DNA of 64,000 nt. Source: Schizochytrium sp. TIO01 (lineage: Eukaryota; Protista; Bigyra: Labyrinthulomycetes). The position numbers were made by a program, and so were the translations under genes. Below, one piece after another: positions 23,581 to 34,337 of this stretch (positions are counted from its first letter, which is position 1; each line of letters begins with the position of its first letter). The notes below the pieces were generated by a model. It did no database searches, was not told the DNA's origin, and worked only from the letters and a program-made list of their open reading frames with translations. The DNA lies in NCBI GenBank assembly GCA_004764695.1, contig SMSO01000037.1, positions 4,440,747 to 4,504,746 of the forward strand, in the 5' to 3' direction.

Positions 23581-26138
23581 TTAAGCATGTATCAGCTTCG
23601 TAGCGCAAAAGAACGAAAGAACGAAAGAACGAAAGAGGTGCTGCAGGGAACGCCTAACGGGTGCTTAGTAGGTCCTACCGGCGGGATGTTGGATGCATGG
23701 TATGATGAAAGCAGCTTTGAGCACATTTTAATTTACTCTGTTTCTCTGAGCAAACTTTGTTTTGTGACGGTGGATTCGATAGATGTCATGATAGCGCTCT
23801 TCTGGCGATGTGGATGAGGGTCTTTCGCTCCTCTCGCTCAACCAACGAGGGTGTTCTTTCGTTCTTCTGAGTGCGCTCACTTGATAAGCAAACAAACCAA
23901 GCAACCCTTTTTCATAGTGCTGAGGAAGAGAGAGCTATCTCTCTCTCTCGCTGCCTCTGTCTCTGCTTTCAGTCAGAAAGCGCGGCGTCCATGAAAGGGA
24001 GGGAGAAAGGAAAGCTCTGCAGAAGAAGTAAGTGATCAGTGAGCGGCCAACGCGTATCTCCGCGAGAAGCGAAGAAGAGGACCTTCCTTCTCAACCGACA
24101 GGCGCCAGGCGTGAAGGTTCTTTCTTTCTCTTCGATCAGTGAGAGCTCTCAGATAGCGAGTGAGTGCTCTGCTGAGTCATCTACCGAGAGTTTCGTTCCA
24201 AGGAAGCCTGTAGCACTACGCATACAGTCCGCGCCTCATCGAGTAGAAAAGGAGAATTAATTTATTGAAGAATTAATTAATTCATTGATTGATTGACTGA
24301 TTGACTGATTGACTGATTGATTGATCGATAAGTTAAAACTTTATGGTGAAATACTTATTTGTTTAATTATTAGTTAGAATTGAACGAGCGATGAATTATG
24401 TATCACATATTGGCACTTTTTGTCCTTCTGCTCTTCAGAGGTGAGGTGACTGTGCGATTGTAGTGGCCTCCTATCCTAAACAGTAGGCAGCGCCAGGAGC
24501 GTGTCAGGAGGCTGGAGTCAGCAACAGTGCTTCCTCTGAAAGCTAAGAGTTCGAGCTGCTCTCTCTCTTCTATCAACAGCAAGGCCCTCCCTCCCTCCCT
24601 CCCTCATAATAGTCCTCATGTTCTCTCTCTCTCTCTCTCTCTCTCAGAGTCGCCGTCAACACAACTCGAAGCAAAGAACAAGCAAAGGAACAAGCAAAGG
24701 CAAGCAAAGAACAAGCAAAAGGAAAGCAAAGGAAAGCAGAAGCTGCCGAGAGGAGGGAATATGAGGCTGTGATTGGCGGGTTGGACGACCATGGAGCGTT
24801 GAACACTTGGGCTGAGAAGGAGGAGGAGAAGAGCAGGAGCGAGCGAGTGGGCGGGCGCTTTCGAGGCAGGAAGGGAATGGCGGCGCGAGAAAAGATGTGA
24901 AGGCATGAAGGGAGGCACTAAAAGATACCGTGTTATACTGTAAAGAGGTAGTCAAGCAGGCCTTCCTTTCTTTCTTTCTTTCTTTCTTTCTTAGTGTCTT
25001 CGATCGATTGAGGAAACTTACCATCACATCGCAACTTGCTTCATTATTTTTATTATTATTGAAGATTTATTATTTTAACAATAAAGTAGTATGTATACAC
25101 AGCTGGTTTCAATCAAGTTTTAACCTTGTTTAATAAACATCAGCAGAGAGAATGCCTCTGAGTTTTCGAGTTCGCTTCTTTGAAAGCTACGCTTCCTCCT
25201 CTTCTTGCGTTTACAAGGTCTCTTTTAATTAAAAGAAAGGGAGGATGGAGGAAAGGAAAGCAGGTAATGAATGACAGGCAGGAATCAACAGATAGGAAAA
25301 GGGGATCAGGAACTCTCAAGTGTTTCATTTCAACCTTCTTCTCTTTTTACATAAATAAATACTTATTTAGAAAGAGCAGCAGAATGAAGGATTGAGAGGA
25401 ACAGGATGGTATAACCTATAGTAGGTACCTTTTGCCCACTTCGAAATACCGTATAGTCTACTGTGGCTCCCGCTTTAGGCTACTTAAGGTCACGTACCCA
25501 CCCCACCACGGAACAAAGCAGGACAGGAAACGGAGGGAGGGGGGGGGGCAGTCTGGAGAGTGAGCTGAGAAATAGAGAGCTCTGACTTTATTCAGACACA
25601 GGTGAAAGCAGCAGCACTGAGCTGCGAAAACAGACGGAGAGACCTTCAATACTTCTGTTTGTTTTCCATCAAAGAAAAATATCATTCAAGCTCAAGTTGG
25701 TTTTAGGAGAGCAAGATAAGAATAGAATATTTTTAATGCTTTTGACATTGTTACTGTTATTGTTATTATAATTAAAATGTAAAGAAGGGTAAGAAGAAGA
25801 AGAAGAAGAAGAAGAAGCGCTCATAGGTCAAGGGGCGCGATGAATGAATTGAAGTGATGTCTTCTTCTTCTCGCTCTCGATTGCCTTCCGGTGGCTCATA
25901 AAGGGGTGTTGGACTTTGGGAATTTGTTTACGAAGTTGCTTATTATCAAACTATTTTACTCTTGGTTTCACTTCCTTCCTTCCTTCCTTCCTTCCTTCCT
26001 TCCACCTGATGGAATGAATAATAGATATGCTTTACGAATCATTCAAACATTTTTTAAAATGTTTTTAATTTAAAGTATAAAATCTTCTGAGATAAAAAGA
26101 AAGTTTCATTCACTCACTCACTCATTCATTCATTTGAA

Positions 26139-26250
26139 TTGTTTGTTTGTTTGTTTGTTTGTTTGTTTGTTTGTTTGTTTGTTTGTTTGTTTGTTTGTTT
26201 GTTTGTTTGTTTGTTTGTTTGTTTGTTTGTTTGATTGTTTGTTTATTTGT
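26139..26250. repeat. (GTTT)n microsatellite
   Basis: Direct reading. Confidence 0.95.
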
Positions 26251-27248
26251 TTATTCCATAAGAGGAATGAATGAGTACGTAGGAGTGGATATTGAATTGT
26301 TACTGACGATCGAAAAGCAATCGAATCAAACCAAACAGAATAATAGAAACAGCGAAGAAGAGGCGACCAAACCCTAGGCAGCGCGCGCAGCAGCCGACGC
26401 ACGCAGGCACGCACGCACGCACGCAGGCCCGCGCGGACGCAGCAGCGACACGCCAGGAAGACTGCTCGACAGCCAGCCAGGGCGGAGCCCAGCCGTCTGG
26501 CCCGTAGCCAGGGAGTAAGCGGGGGAGCGGGAGAGCGGCCGCGGCATTGACCGATTGAACTCGCGTCTGCTCTCTTTTGTTTCTCTTTGTTTTTCCTTTT
26601 CTCTTTTATTGGTCTTTCTCTCTCTTTCTCTCTCTTTCTTTCTATTTGTCTCGTCTCTTCTTTGTTGTTGTTGTTGAGCCGCTCTGCCTGACGACTGAGT
26701 CTAGAAGCAGAAGCACAAGCTCCAGGACTGGGAGGACGAGGACCTGAGCGAGTGCGAGCACGGCCCCACCTCGCTGGACCGCTCAGATACACCGGCCTAG
26801 CTTGCAGAGTTTGCTTGCTTGTTTCTTTCTTTCTTTCTTTCTCTCCTTTCTAGTTAATCTTCGCGGAGCGGGGTTTGGCTTTGTTTGCTCTGCGTCGCCC
26901 TAGCTGCCGGCACTTGTGAGCCTGCTTGTGAACTATCTCGCTTGCCTTCGTGAGCAAAACAGCATACGCTCTTTATATACCTTGCGAAGCACCGATCTTC
27001 GTGGCTCTCTTGACAGCTCAGGGCCGATTTATCCCCAGGAGTTCTCTATCTCTATCTCTATCTATCTCGCTCGCTATATATACACGTACATATATATAGA
27101 TAGATTTGAGATTGGTATCGCGTTCGGACAGATCAACAGAAGCACAACCCACTTATCGTCTAATTTGTGTAATAGCGTGGACTAGTCCCAGGAGGGAAAA
27201 GGATCTGGACAATTTCATCTCGGTATAGTTAACAACTCTATAACCAAA

Positions 27249-27394
27249 ATGTGGGGAGGATCACAGCACCCGCAGCAGCACCGGCAGAATAGCGCCGGCA
27301 GCAATAACAGCAATAACTCGGGAAACAACATGATGATGCAGGGAAACAACAACCTTCGTATGCCAGGAAGCCAGGCAGACGTCATGTTGCAACA

Positions 27395-27425
<31 letters not shown>

Positions 27426-29234
27426 CAGCAAGGCGGACACAATCAGCACCACCACCACCAACAACATCACCACCAACAACAACAACAGACATGGTTTCCG
27501 GACCCAGCCATTCTGCAGGAGCTCCGCGCCCGCGGACCTGGTCAGTACAGGATTCAAATGAGGACCTTTGAGCCCGGTTTCGGTATGAATGGTGCAATGC
27601 AGCAGCACCCCGGTATGGCAATGGGCCTTATGAACAGGGATTCTAACTTTCAATCACAGTCCAATAACAATCCCGGTGGAATGACCAACGGAGGACTCGC
27701 ATCCTCGTACATGAACCAGGCATCCATGAACCAAGACCCGATGCGACAGATGCAGCAGCAAGTCGGATATCCTGGCGCCATGCAGTCCATGCACCCACAC
27801 ATGAACCCTCAAATGCAGCAACAGCTGCAGCAGTGGCAGGCCGCTCAAATGGCAGCCGCGCAGCAAAACTTCCTGGCCCAAAACGGCATGTACTCTGTCG
27901 ATGTCGTTCGCAACCAGTCCATGGGCGCCGATGTCTTCCTGATCCAAGCCGGTAACTTTGCGGCCTTCCCCATGCAGGCTAAAAAGTCGAGGAAGCGCCG
28001 CCAGCGTGACCCTCTTGCTCCCAAGCCTGCCCGGTACGCATGGAACTTCTTTTTCAAAGAGCACTACAAAAAAATCCGCAACAAGAACTATGGCGGAGAA
28101 CATTTTGACGTGCAGAAGGCGTTCACTGATATCGGGCACAGCCTCGGAGATAAGTGGAAGGCACTAACAGCAGAGGAAAAGGAGCCCTACATTAAGATGG
28201 CCCAAGATGATAAGAAACGCTTTGAGCGCGAAATGAAGGAGTACACCAGCGCCCGCAGCGGAGACCGCGGTTCGGATGACGACGAGGATGATGATGCCAG
28301 CAACGCAGATGAGGACTCCAGATCCCCGGACAGTGCCGAAGAAGCCACAGCTGGCGTTAAGACCGACGCAGACTCCAAGGATATGGAGAACCCACGTCCT
28401 TCGAAGAAGTCTCGGCGCAGCAATAAAGCAGCAGAGGAAGACGAGGACAACGAAGAGGCTCTCGCTACAGACCCGAGCACTTCTGATCTCGTCAAAGCAG
28501 CACTACTTGAAGGGTCCGCAGAAGTGGACGGGCTCAAGATCAACATCATTCGACCTGGCGAATCTGCACCGACGCCTCCGCCTAACATGACGGAAATGAC
28601 AGCCGACGTTCTCGTTACTGATGATGACGAAACCTTCATCGTCATGATGTCTGCCACTTTACGCAAACTCCATGTCAAGGAAGGGTATCAGAACCTCAAC
28701 ATTCACGTTGCTCACAACGGAGAGGAGGCTCTCAAGAAGATCGTTGACGAGAAGCAGCGATTCGCAGTGGTTACCATGGATAAGTATATGGGCGAGATGG
28801 ACGGTGTCGAAACCGTTAAGAAGATGCGCGAGGCTGGGTATGACGGGTGCGTCGTAGGCGTCACTGGAGATGAGTCTGGCATCGGCAGTGAGTTTGAGAA
28901 GGTTGGCGCTGACACCACCCTGTACAAGAATCAGAGCGGCCTTTTCTCCCAAGTGCACAGTATTATTGTTGAAAAGCTTTCTGGCAAGGAGAACGAGAAC
29001 GAGAACTCAGATTCTGATGAAAAGGATGCGGACGATGACAACGATAAAGACGCAAAATCTTCTTCTGACAAAGAAAAGTCCAGCAAAAGAAAACAAGCAG
29101 ATGTGAAGGATAACTCTCCTTCTGCTAAGAAGTCAAAGGACGATAGCGGCAAAGATAGTGGTACAGAAGAGAAGGACAAGAAAGTGTCCTCTTCTGTATC
29201 TACTTCCGCAAAACCTGTCTCGGCTGCAACCTAG
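27249..29234 (+). CDS. Q/N/M-rich transcription factor with HMG box and response-regulator receiver (REC) domain
   Basis: 661 aa. PolyQ/H N-terminus and basic NLS-like KKSRKRRQR. HMG box DPLAPKPARYAWNFFF...GDKWKALTAEEKEPYIKMAQDDKKRFEREMKEY (28008-28244). REC domain VLVTDDD...AHNGEEAL...VVTMDKYMGEMDGVE...VVGVTG...GADTTLYK (28605-28980). Confidence 0.92.
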
Positions 29235-30893
29235 GGCCTACAGAGATCCCAGAATTTGCTTTGGTAGGTAAGTGCGCACACTATCGCCCAATTTTTGCCA
29301 CTTTCCCACGTATATCTACTAGTACTTCTTCTTCTTCTTCTTCTCTTATGTCCTCTTTTGTTCTCTTTCTATATAGTCTGCAATTGCCCTCCCTCCTCTC
29401 ACACTTCTCTTTATTCCCTCCCGCTTCTGCTCTCAATCCCTGCCAAGGCCAAACAGTCTCTTATTTCTTCGTATTTGGTTTTGTCTTCAACACATAAATG
29501 ACGAACTCGACTGTTGAGTGATGTTTTTAACGAAAACGAAATCACTCAAGATGAAATATTCAGCCTCATGGGAAAGGAGTCTCACTAAGAATATGATCCA
29601 TCATGCCAGCAGAAGCGTTGGTACCCCAAGTAACCACTCCTTTTTTTTCACATCCACTCTCGTGTCTACTTTCTCTCTCGTCAGATGAAATATAGACTCA
29701 TCCACACAAGCAAACAAACATACAAACGTGTGTTCATTGGTTGTTAGCTAGTTTGTTTTTCTAGTTGATCAACCCGTGCGGGTTCTTCTCACTTCCCACA
29801 CATGTTTTCGACTTGCTTGCCGATGCCTGCTCTCGTGATAATGTAGATGCTGAGATATTTGCTTTTGCTCGGGCAGCCGCCTCGCAAATGCATCCATGGT
29901 CACCCCAACTCACGTCATTAATATTCCTTCAATGTAGCCAAATTTTGCCTTCTGTCAAGGCTATTTGGAAATGGGAAAAGGGCAGCCTGAATTTTTTCCT
30001 TGCAGTCCCTATATACCTACCCTCTTGGCTGCTTCTGGTCCTGACCATTTTTTCTCAACACTCTGCTTTTACTTTGTCCTTGTCTGACGACAAAATCAAC
30101 GTCTGGAACTGACACCTACTATGGTTTTTGAGTTTTGCCTGTTTTGCCACCCCGCGCACCTTTTAATGCATTCTTTGCTCTAGGGTTGGTGTAGTCCTAT
30201 CTGATTGTGTTGCGATTGGCCTGTTCGTCTTTCATGCTCTTGCAAAAACCTATACGTGTACTGGTAAATTTTACATTATCGTACTCTGCTTTTCTTTATA
30301 CTTTTTGTTGCTTTCTTGCCATTTCTTGGACAGACCAAATCCGTTCACAGCCATTTCTCTAATTCTAGTAAAGTTATGGACTAGATTTTCTCCTTTTAGC
30401 TGTACAGGTGTCTCTTCACCAACACCAAATTAATTTATGGGACATTGTCTCAAGCAGTTTTCAATTTCAACAACAAACAAAATAACATTGATTCTGCGAT
30501 TCTATATGTAACTGGATTGTGGGCTCTGAGTCCTTATGTGAAGGCTCGTAGTACCACGTCTTCCACAACCATCCTTCTATAATCTGTGGTTAGCAACTGG
30601 TTAGTACTTGGAGGGAAAGAACTATAAAACTTTTCCTTTTCTTTTTTTTGATACAAAAAATAGCCGTTGATAGTCTAGCGGTCGGTATTGCATTAATCAA
30701 GCTTGAGATCGCTTGTTTGAGCTCTACTTGAGGTGCCTTGGCAAGTGAGCAGGACTTTGACGTTGCCCTGTGTCTATGCAAGCTCTGTTCTAGCGCTTGC
30801 TTGTGTCCCCAAAACATACTAAAATCTGAGCAGGAGCACCTAGAAGCTCCACTGCAAAATAATCACCAATTACCTGAGCAGCCAATCGCAACC

Positions 30894-33164
30894 ATGCAAG
30901 CTGCGCAACTCCAAGGCCTCGTGACGCTTGTGCCAGAGCATGAGAAACACGAACATTACAGAGATATTTATCGTGTTCTTGACCAAAAAGCGGAGAATAA
31001 AGTGAAGGCCGAAAGTAGAGCTTTAAAGCGAGGAATTCGTGAGCGCCGTCATCATCAGTCACCAAAGCAATGTAAGACAGATAAAAACCTCAAAAATACT
31101 GCTGCTATACAGCTTGAGATTATAGCTAATGGAATTAATCCTCAAAACCAAATTAAGAAAAACGTACAAACACTGAGGAAGGACTACCTAGAGAAATATT
31201 CTTATGAAACCAAGGTTGCAGAAGACGATTTTATTAGTAGTGATGACGAGTCTGCACTTGACATGGCTCTTTATGAATACCATGATTGTAGTAGCAATGC
31301 CTCTGAATCACCCAGTAGGATGAGCCACAGCAGTGAAAGTACTATCAAATCTTCCCAAGATGAAGACAATGAAGAGGTCGAGGAGAACGAGGACAGGCTC
31401 CTTGATTTATTTGCAAAGCAATTACAACTTGAACAAGACAAACGTTTCAAGGCAGAAGTTCGCCAGGAAGAAGAGGCTATTGTCAAATATATATTAGCTC
31501 TTGAACAAGATCGAGATGCCAAGGTGAAGGAGATTGTTAAGCTTCAGCAAGAAAACCGTCGCAACGAGGCTCGTTCATTGCGACGTCAGCGTGCATCACG
31601 GGCCTATCAACAGAAGCAACTTGCACGTCAAGCCTGGCATAAATCTGATGACGAAGACTCAGATGACTCATCTCTTAGTAGCAGCAGTAGTAGCAGCAAC
31701 GAGAACGACAGTGACGAGAACTACTCGACTTACTCCTATAGTGGCAGCACATTGAAAAGGAATAGGCAGTTGACAAAACGTTTAGCAACCACCAGCTCGT
31801 TGATTAGTGGTCAATCCTCTTCAAGCGAACGACGAGAACGACGTATGAGAGCTTATGAGGAAGAGCTTCGGGCACGGGAAGAAGAGGAACTTGCAGAGAC
31901 CCGTGTACGATTTAAGGCTCGCCCTGTCCCTGTCAGCACATTATTACCAAAATATAATGAAATCAGAGAGCTTGCCGAAGCTCGATCTCTAGCACGCAAA
32001 TTAGATCGACAAGCAAGACTCGACGACCAACAGTGCCCCTTCTCAGCCCTTGACAAGCGCACAAACTCATGGATCGAAAGACAGAAGAAGGAAACGAAAC
32101 TGGCAAAAGGTGAGAACCGTCCTCGTAAGAACTCGATGTGTAACCAGGATCAAGATTTTTTTGCTATGCATAAAACCCAGAAGAAAACAATCAACTTAAA
32201 TGATGCTCACTTAAGCTTTACAGAACGTCAACAGAAGGAAGATCGTGAACGCCGAGCTCGTTGTGACCGCCGTGCACAACAGCTCTTGCGCGAGAGCCGA
32301 CTTCCCCGGCGAATGGAATTTCATGATATGTATAACGGCAAAACAGCAAGCGCAAGAAGAACAACTTATGATAACACATGCACGTTTCAACCCAACGTAA
32401 ACACCCGAGTCCCTGATTTCGAGGCCAGTAAAGACCGGTGGGTAAAGACTTTGGCTAACGCTAGACGCAAGCAAAAACCAACACAACCTGATGTCTCTGG
32501 TCTAAGTATGTTTAGTGATGAAGCAAAGACACGGGAAGATCTGCGAAAGGCCCGCACAGCAGCAAGGCTTGCCGCAGAAGAAGAGTCGAATGCACGCGAT
32601 AAACGGAAAATGGAGAACTTAGTAAAACGAGTTCAATCTCAAGCGACACGACGCCCTACCACCGTAAATATGACCAAGTCCCAGGAATTGAGACTACGCC
32701 AGTGCGCAGAAACCAAGGCTGCAGAACAAGCCAAACGCCAGCGTGAGGAGGCACGACGCAAATTACAAGCAGAAAGACTAAGAGAAAGATCCAAGGTCAT
32801 CCGCGCAATGGTAAACGAAGCGGAAGAGACTCGTCGACAGTCATCTGCAGGATACACCAGCCTCGAGGATGCAGCACGAAAAGCCAAAGAGCGAGCTGAG
32901 CAGGACAAGCTCGCATGGAAACAACGGCGTCGCGAGCTTCGAGATAAAATGAGTAACCCTCGCCCCGACAGGCCCGCCTTAATTGAGCGTAATGGGGAAG
33001 CTAAGCGCCTTCAAGACCGAAAACAAGCTGCATTGGCACGAGTTGCTGCAACCTTGCACAACGTAGATCAAGAAGATTCCCATAATGCACTCACCCAAGA
33101 TGAGTTGGATCTTGTAAAAGAAACCATCATCAACGACCAGCTTGTGAATGACTACCTTGCGTAG
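30894..33164 (+). CDS. FAM161-like (UPF0564) coiled-coil centriolar/ciliary protein
   Basis: Long charged coiled-coil ORF (track start 30738 is TTG; first ATG is 30894) with FKARPVP...LPKY...PFS and TFQPNVNTRVPDF motifs characteristic of FAM161A/B. Confidence 0.7.
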   Translation: MQAAQLQGLVTLVPEHEKHEHYRDIYRVLDQKAENKVKAESRALKRGIRERRHHQSPKQCKTDKNLKNTAAIQLEIIANGINPQNQIKKNVQTLRKDYLEKYSYETKVAEDDFISSDDESALDMALYEYHDCSSNASESPSRMSHSSESTIKSSQDEDNEEVEENEDRLLDLFAKQLQLEQDKRFKAEVRQEEEAIVKYILALEQDRDAKVKEIVKLQQENRRNEARSLRRQRASRAYQQKQLARQAWHKSDDEDSDDSSLSSSSSSSNENDSDENYSTYSYSGSTLKRNRQLTKRLATTSSLISGQSSSSERRERRMRAYEEELRAREEEELAETRVRFKARPVPVSTLLPKYNEIRELAEARSLARKLDRQARLDDQQCPFSALDKRTNSWIERQKKETKLAKGENRPRKNSMCNQDQDFFAMHKTQKKTINLNDAHLSFTERQQKEDRERRARCDRRAQQLLRESRLPRRMEFHDMYNGKTASARRTTYDNTCTFQPNVNTRVPDFEASKDRWVKTLANARRKQKPTQPDVSGLSMFSDEAKTREDLRKARTAARLAAEEESNARDKRKMENLVKRVQSQATRRPTTVNMTKSQELRLRQCAETKAAEQAKRQREEARRKLQAERLRERSKVIRAMVNEAEETRRQSSAGYTSLEDAARKAKERAEQDKLAWKQRRRELRDKMSNPRPDRPALIERNGEAKRLQDRKQAALARVAATLHNVDQEDSHNALTQDELDLVKETIINDQLVNDYLA

Positions 33165-33839
33165 GCAGCAGACTTAACCGCTTTTAAAAGATATACGAGA
33201 ATCTTGATTTTAGCCAAATCTACATTGCTCCCAACAACAAAACGGCATCGACCTCTTCATAAGAAAAATGAAAACTAAATCAGAGCAATTAAGAAACTGA
33301 TGCAGAAATAGCCTGGAGAACTGAGGTGGTTATGAAGGGGAAGAGCTCAAGTCAGTCTGTTTCTACCCTGATTTGAGGGTTCAGAATACCGGAAAGAGAT
33401 GGCAACAAGGAAGTCCAAGAAATGACAAAATGGATATAAAAGGTCGAGAATATGCTTGTCGTTAAAATTATTGTCCAACTGAGTTAACAAGCACATTTTT
33501 GCAAGTAGTGGCTTTGTAAAACAAGCAGTTGCATAGTATCTACAACAACAGCAACACTTGAAACTTTCATGTGTCGCGCACGTTAAAGCATTTTTTCATC
33601 GAGAAGAACAAGAAGAAGCTTTCCGTGGGTGCACCACTTAAAGTCATAATCGTCGTCGCTGTTTTATCGCAGATCTATAGAGCATTTGTGCATGTGTGGT
33701 GTAATCGGTCTTGTGTTACTTGTATAGAATTTTCGAACGATGCCCCTCCGCTGAGCAGGTAAGTAGCAGAAATCCCAACGCGAGAGAGCTATCGATCAAT
33801 GAATCAAGGCTTAGTGAATATTGCAGAATCTTGGTGAAG

Positions 33840-34337
33840 TTAGCTGCTGTAGAGGTCGGAGACCTGGGCAGAGACCTTGGGCTCGTCACCGGTGAGGTCG
33901 AGCTTGTAGACAAACTGCTCAGGGAGAGGCTTCTCGTTCATCTCGCCATCAGCGCTCTCGAAGTTGAGGTTCATCTCAGAGCTCTTAGCAGCGATAACCT
34001 GGAAATCAGTGTTCTCCTGGGTCTCTTTGCTCATGTAAATCTGGCAGCCGTCGGTCTTGTCAATAGCAACGGAGTTAAGGCGAGCACCAGGCTTCATGAT
34101 GATCTTGACGCGCTGGCAGTTGGAGACCTCGACGGTGGACATGACGGAGTCAACCCAGAGCTCGAGCAGGGTGCAGTTGTCGACCTGCACGGAGTTGCAC
34201 TTGCCGTTGATCTCAACCTTACCGTAAGATCCCTTCTCGCCGCCACACTTGTAGACGGAAACGCTCTTGCGCATGGAGTCCACATCAACGGAGGCCTCCT
34301 TCTTGTTCTCTACGGAAAGCAAGTTGGCGGAGTTCAT
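33840..34337 (-). CDS. Stand-alone C-terminal domain of cyclase-associated protein (C-CAP / CARP beta-helix), G-actin binding
   Basis: 165 aa from ATG 34337: INGKCNSVQVDNC, SVAIDKTDGCQIYMSKE, AKSSEMN, EKPLPEQF. Strongly biased codon usage suggests high expression. Confidence 0.88.
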   Translation of the reverse strand: MNSANLLSVENKKEASVDVDSMRKSVSVYKCGGEKGSYGKVEINGKCNSVQVDNCTLLELWVDSVMSTVEVSNCQRVKIIMKPGARLNSVAIDKTDGCQIYMSKETQENTDFQVIAAKSSEMNLNFESADGEMNEKPLPEQFVYKLDLTGDEPKVSAQVSDLYSS

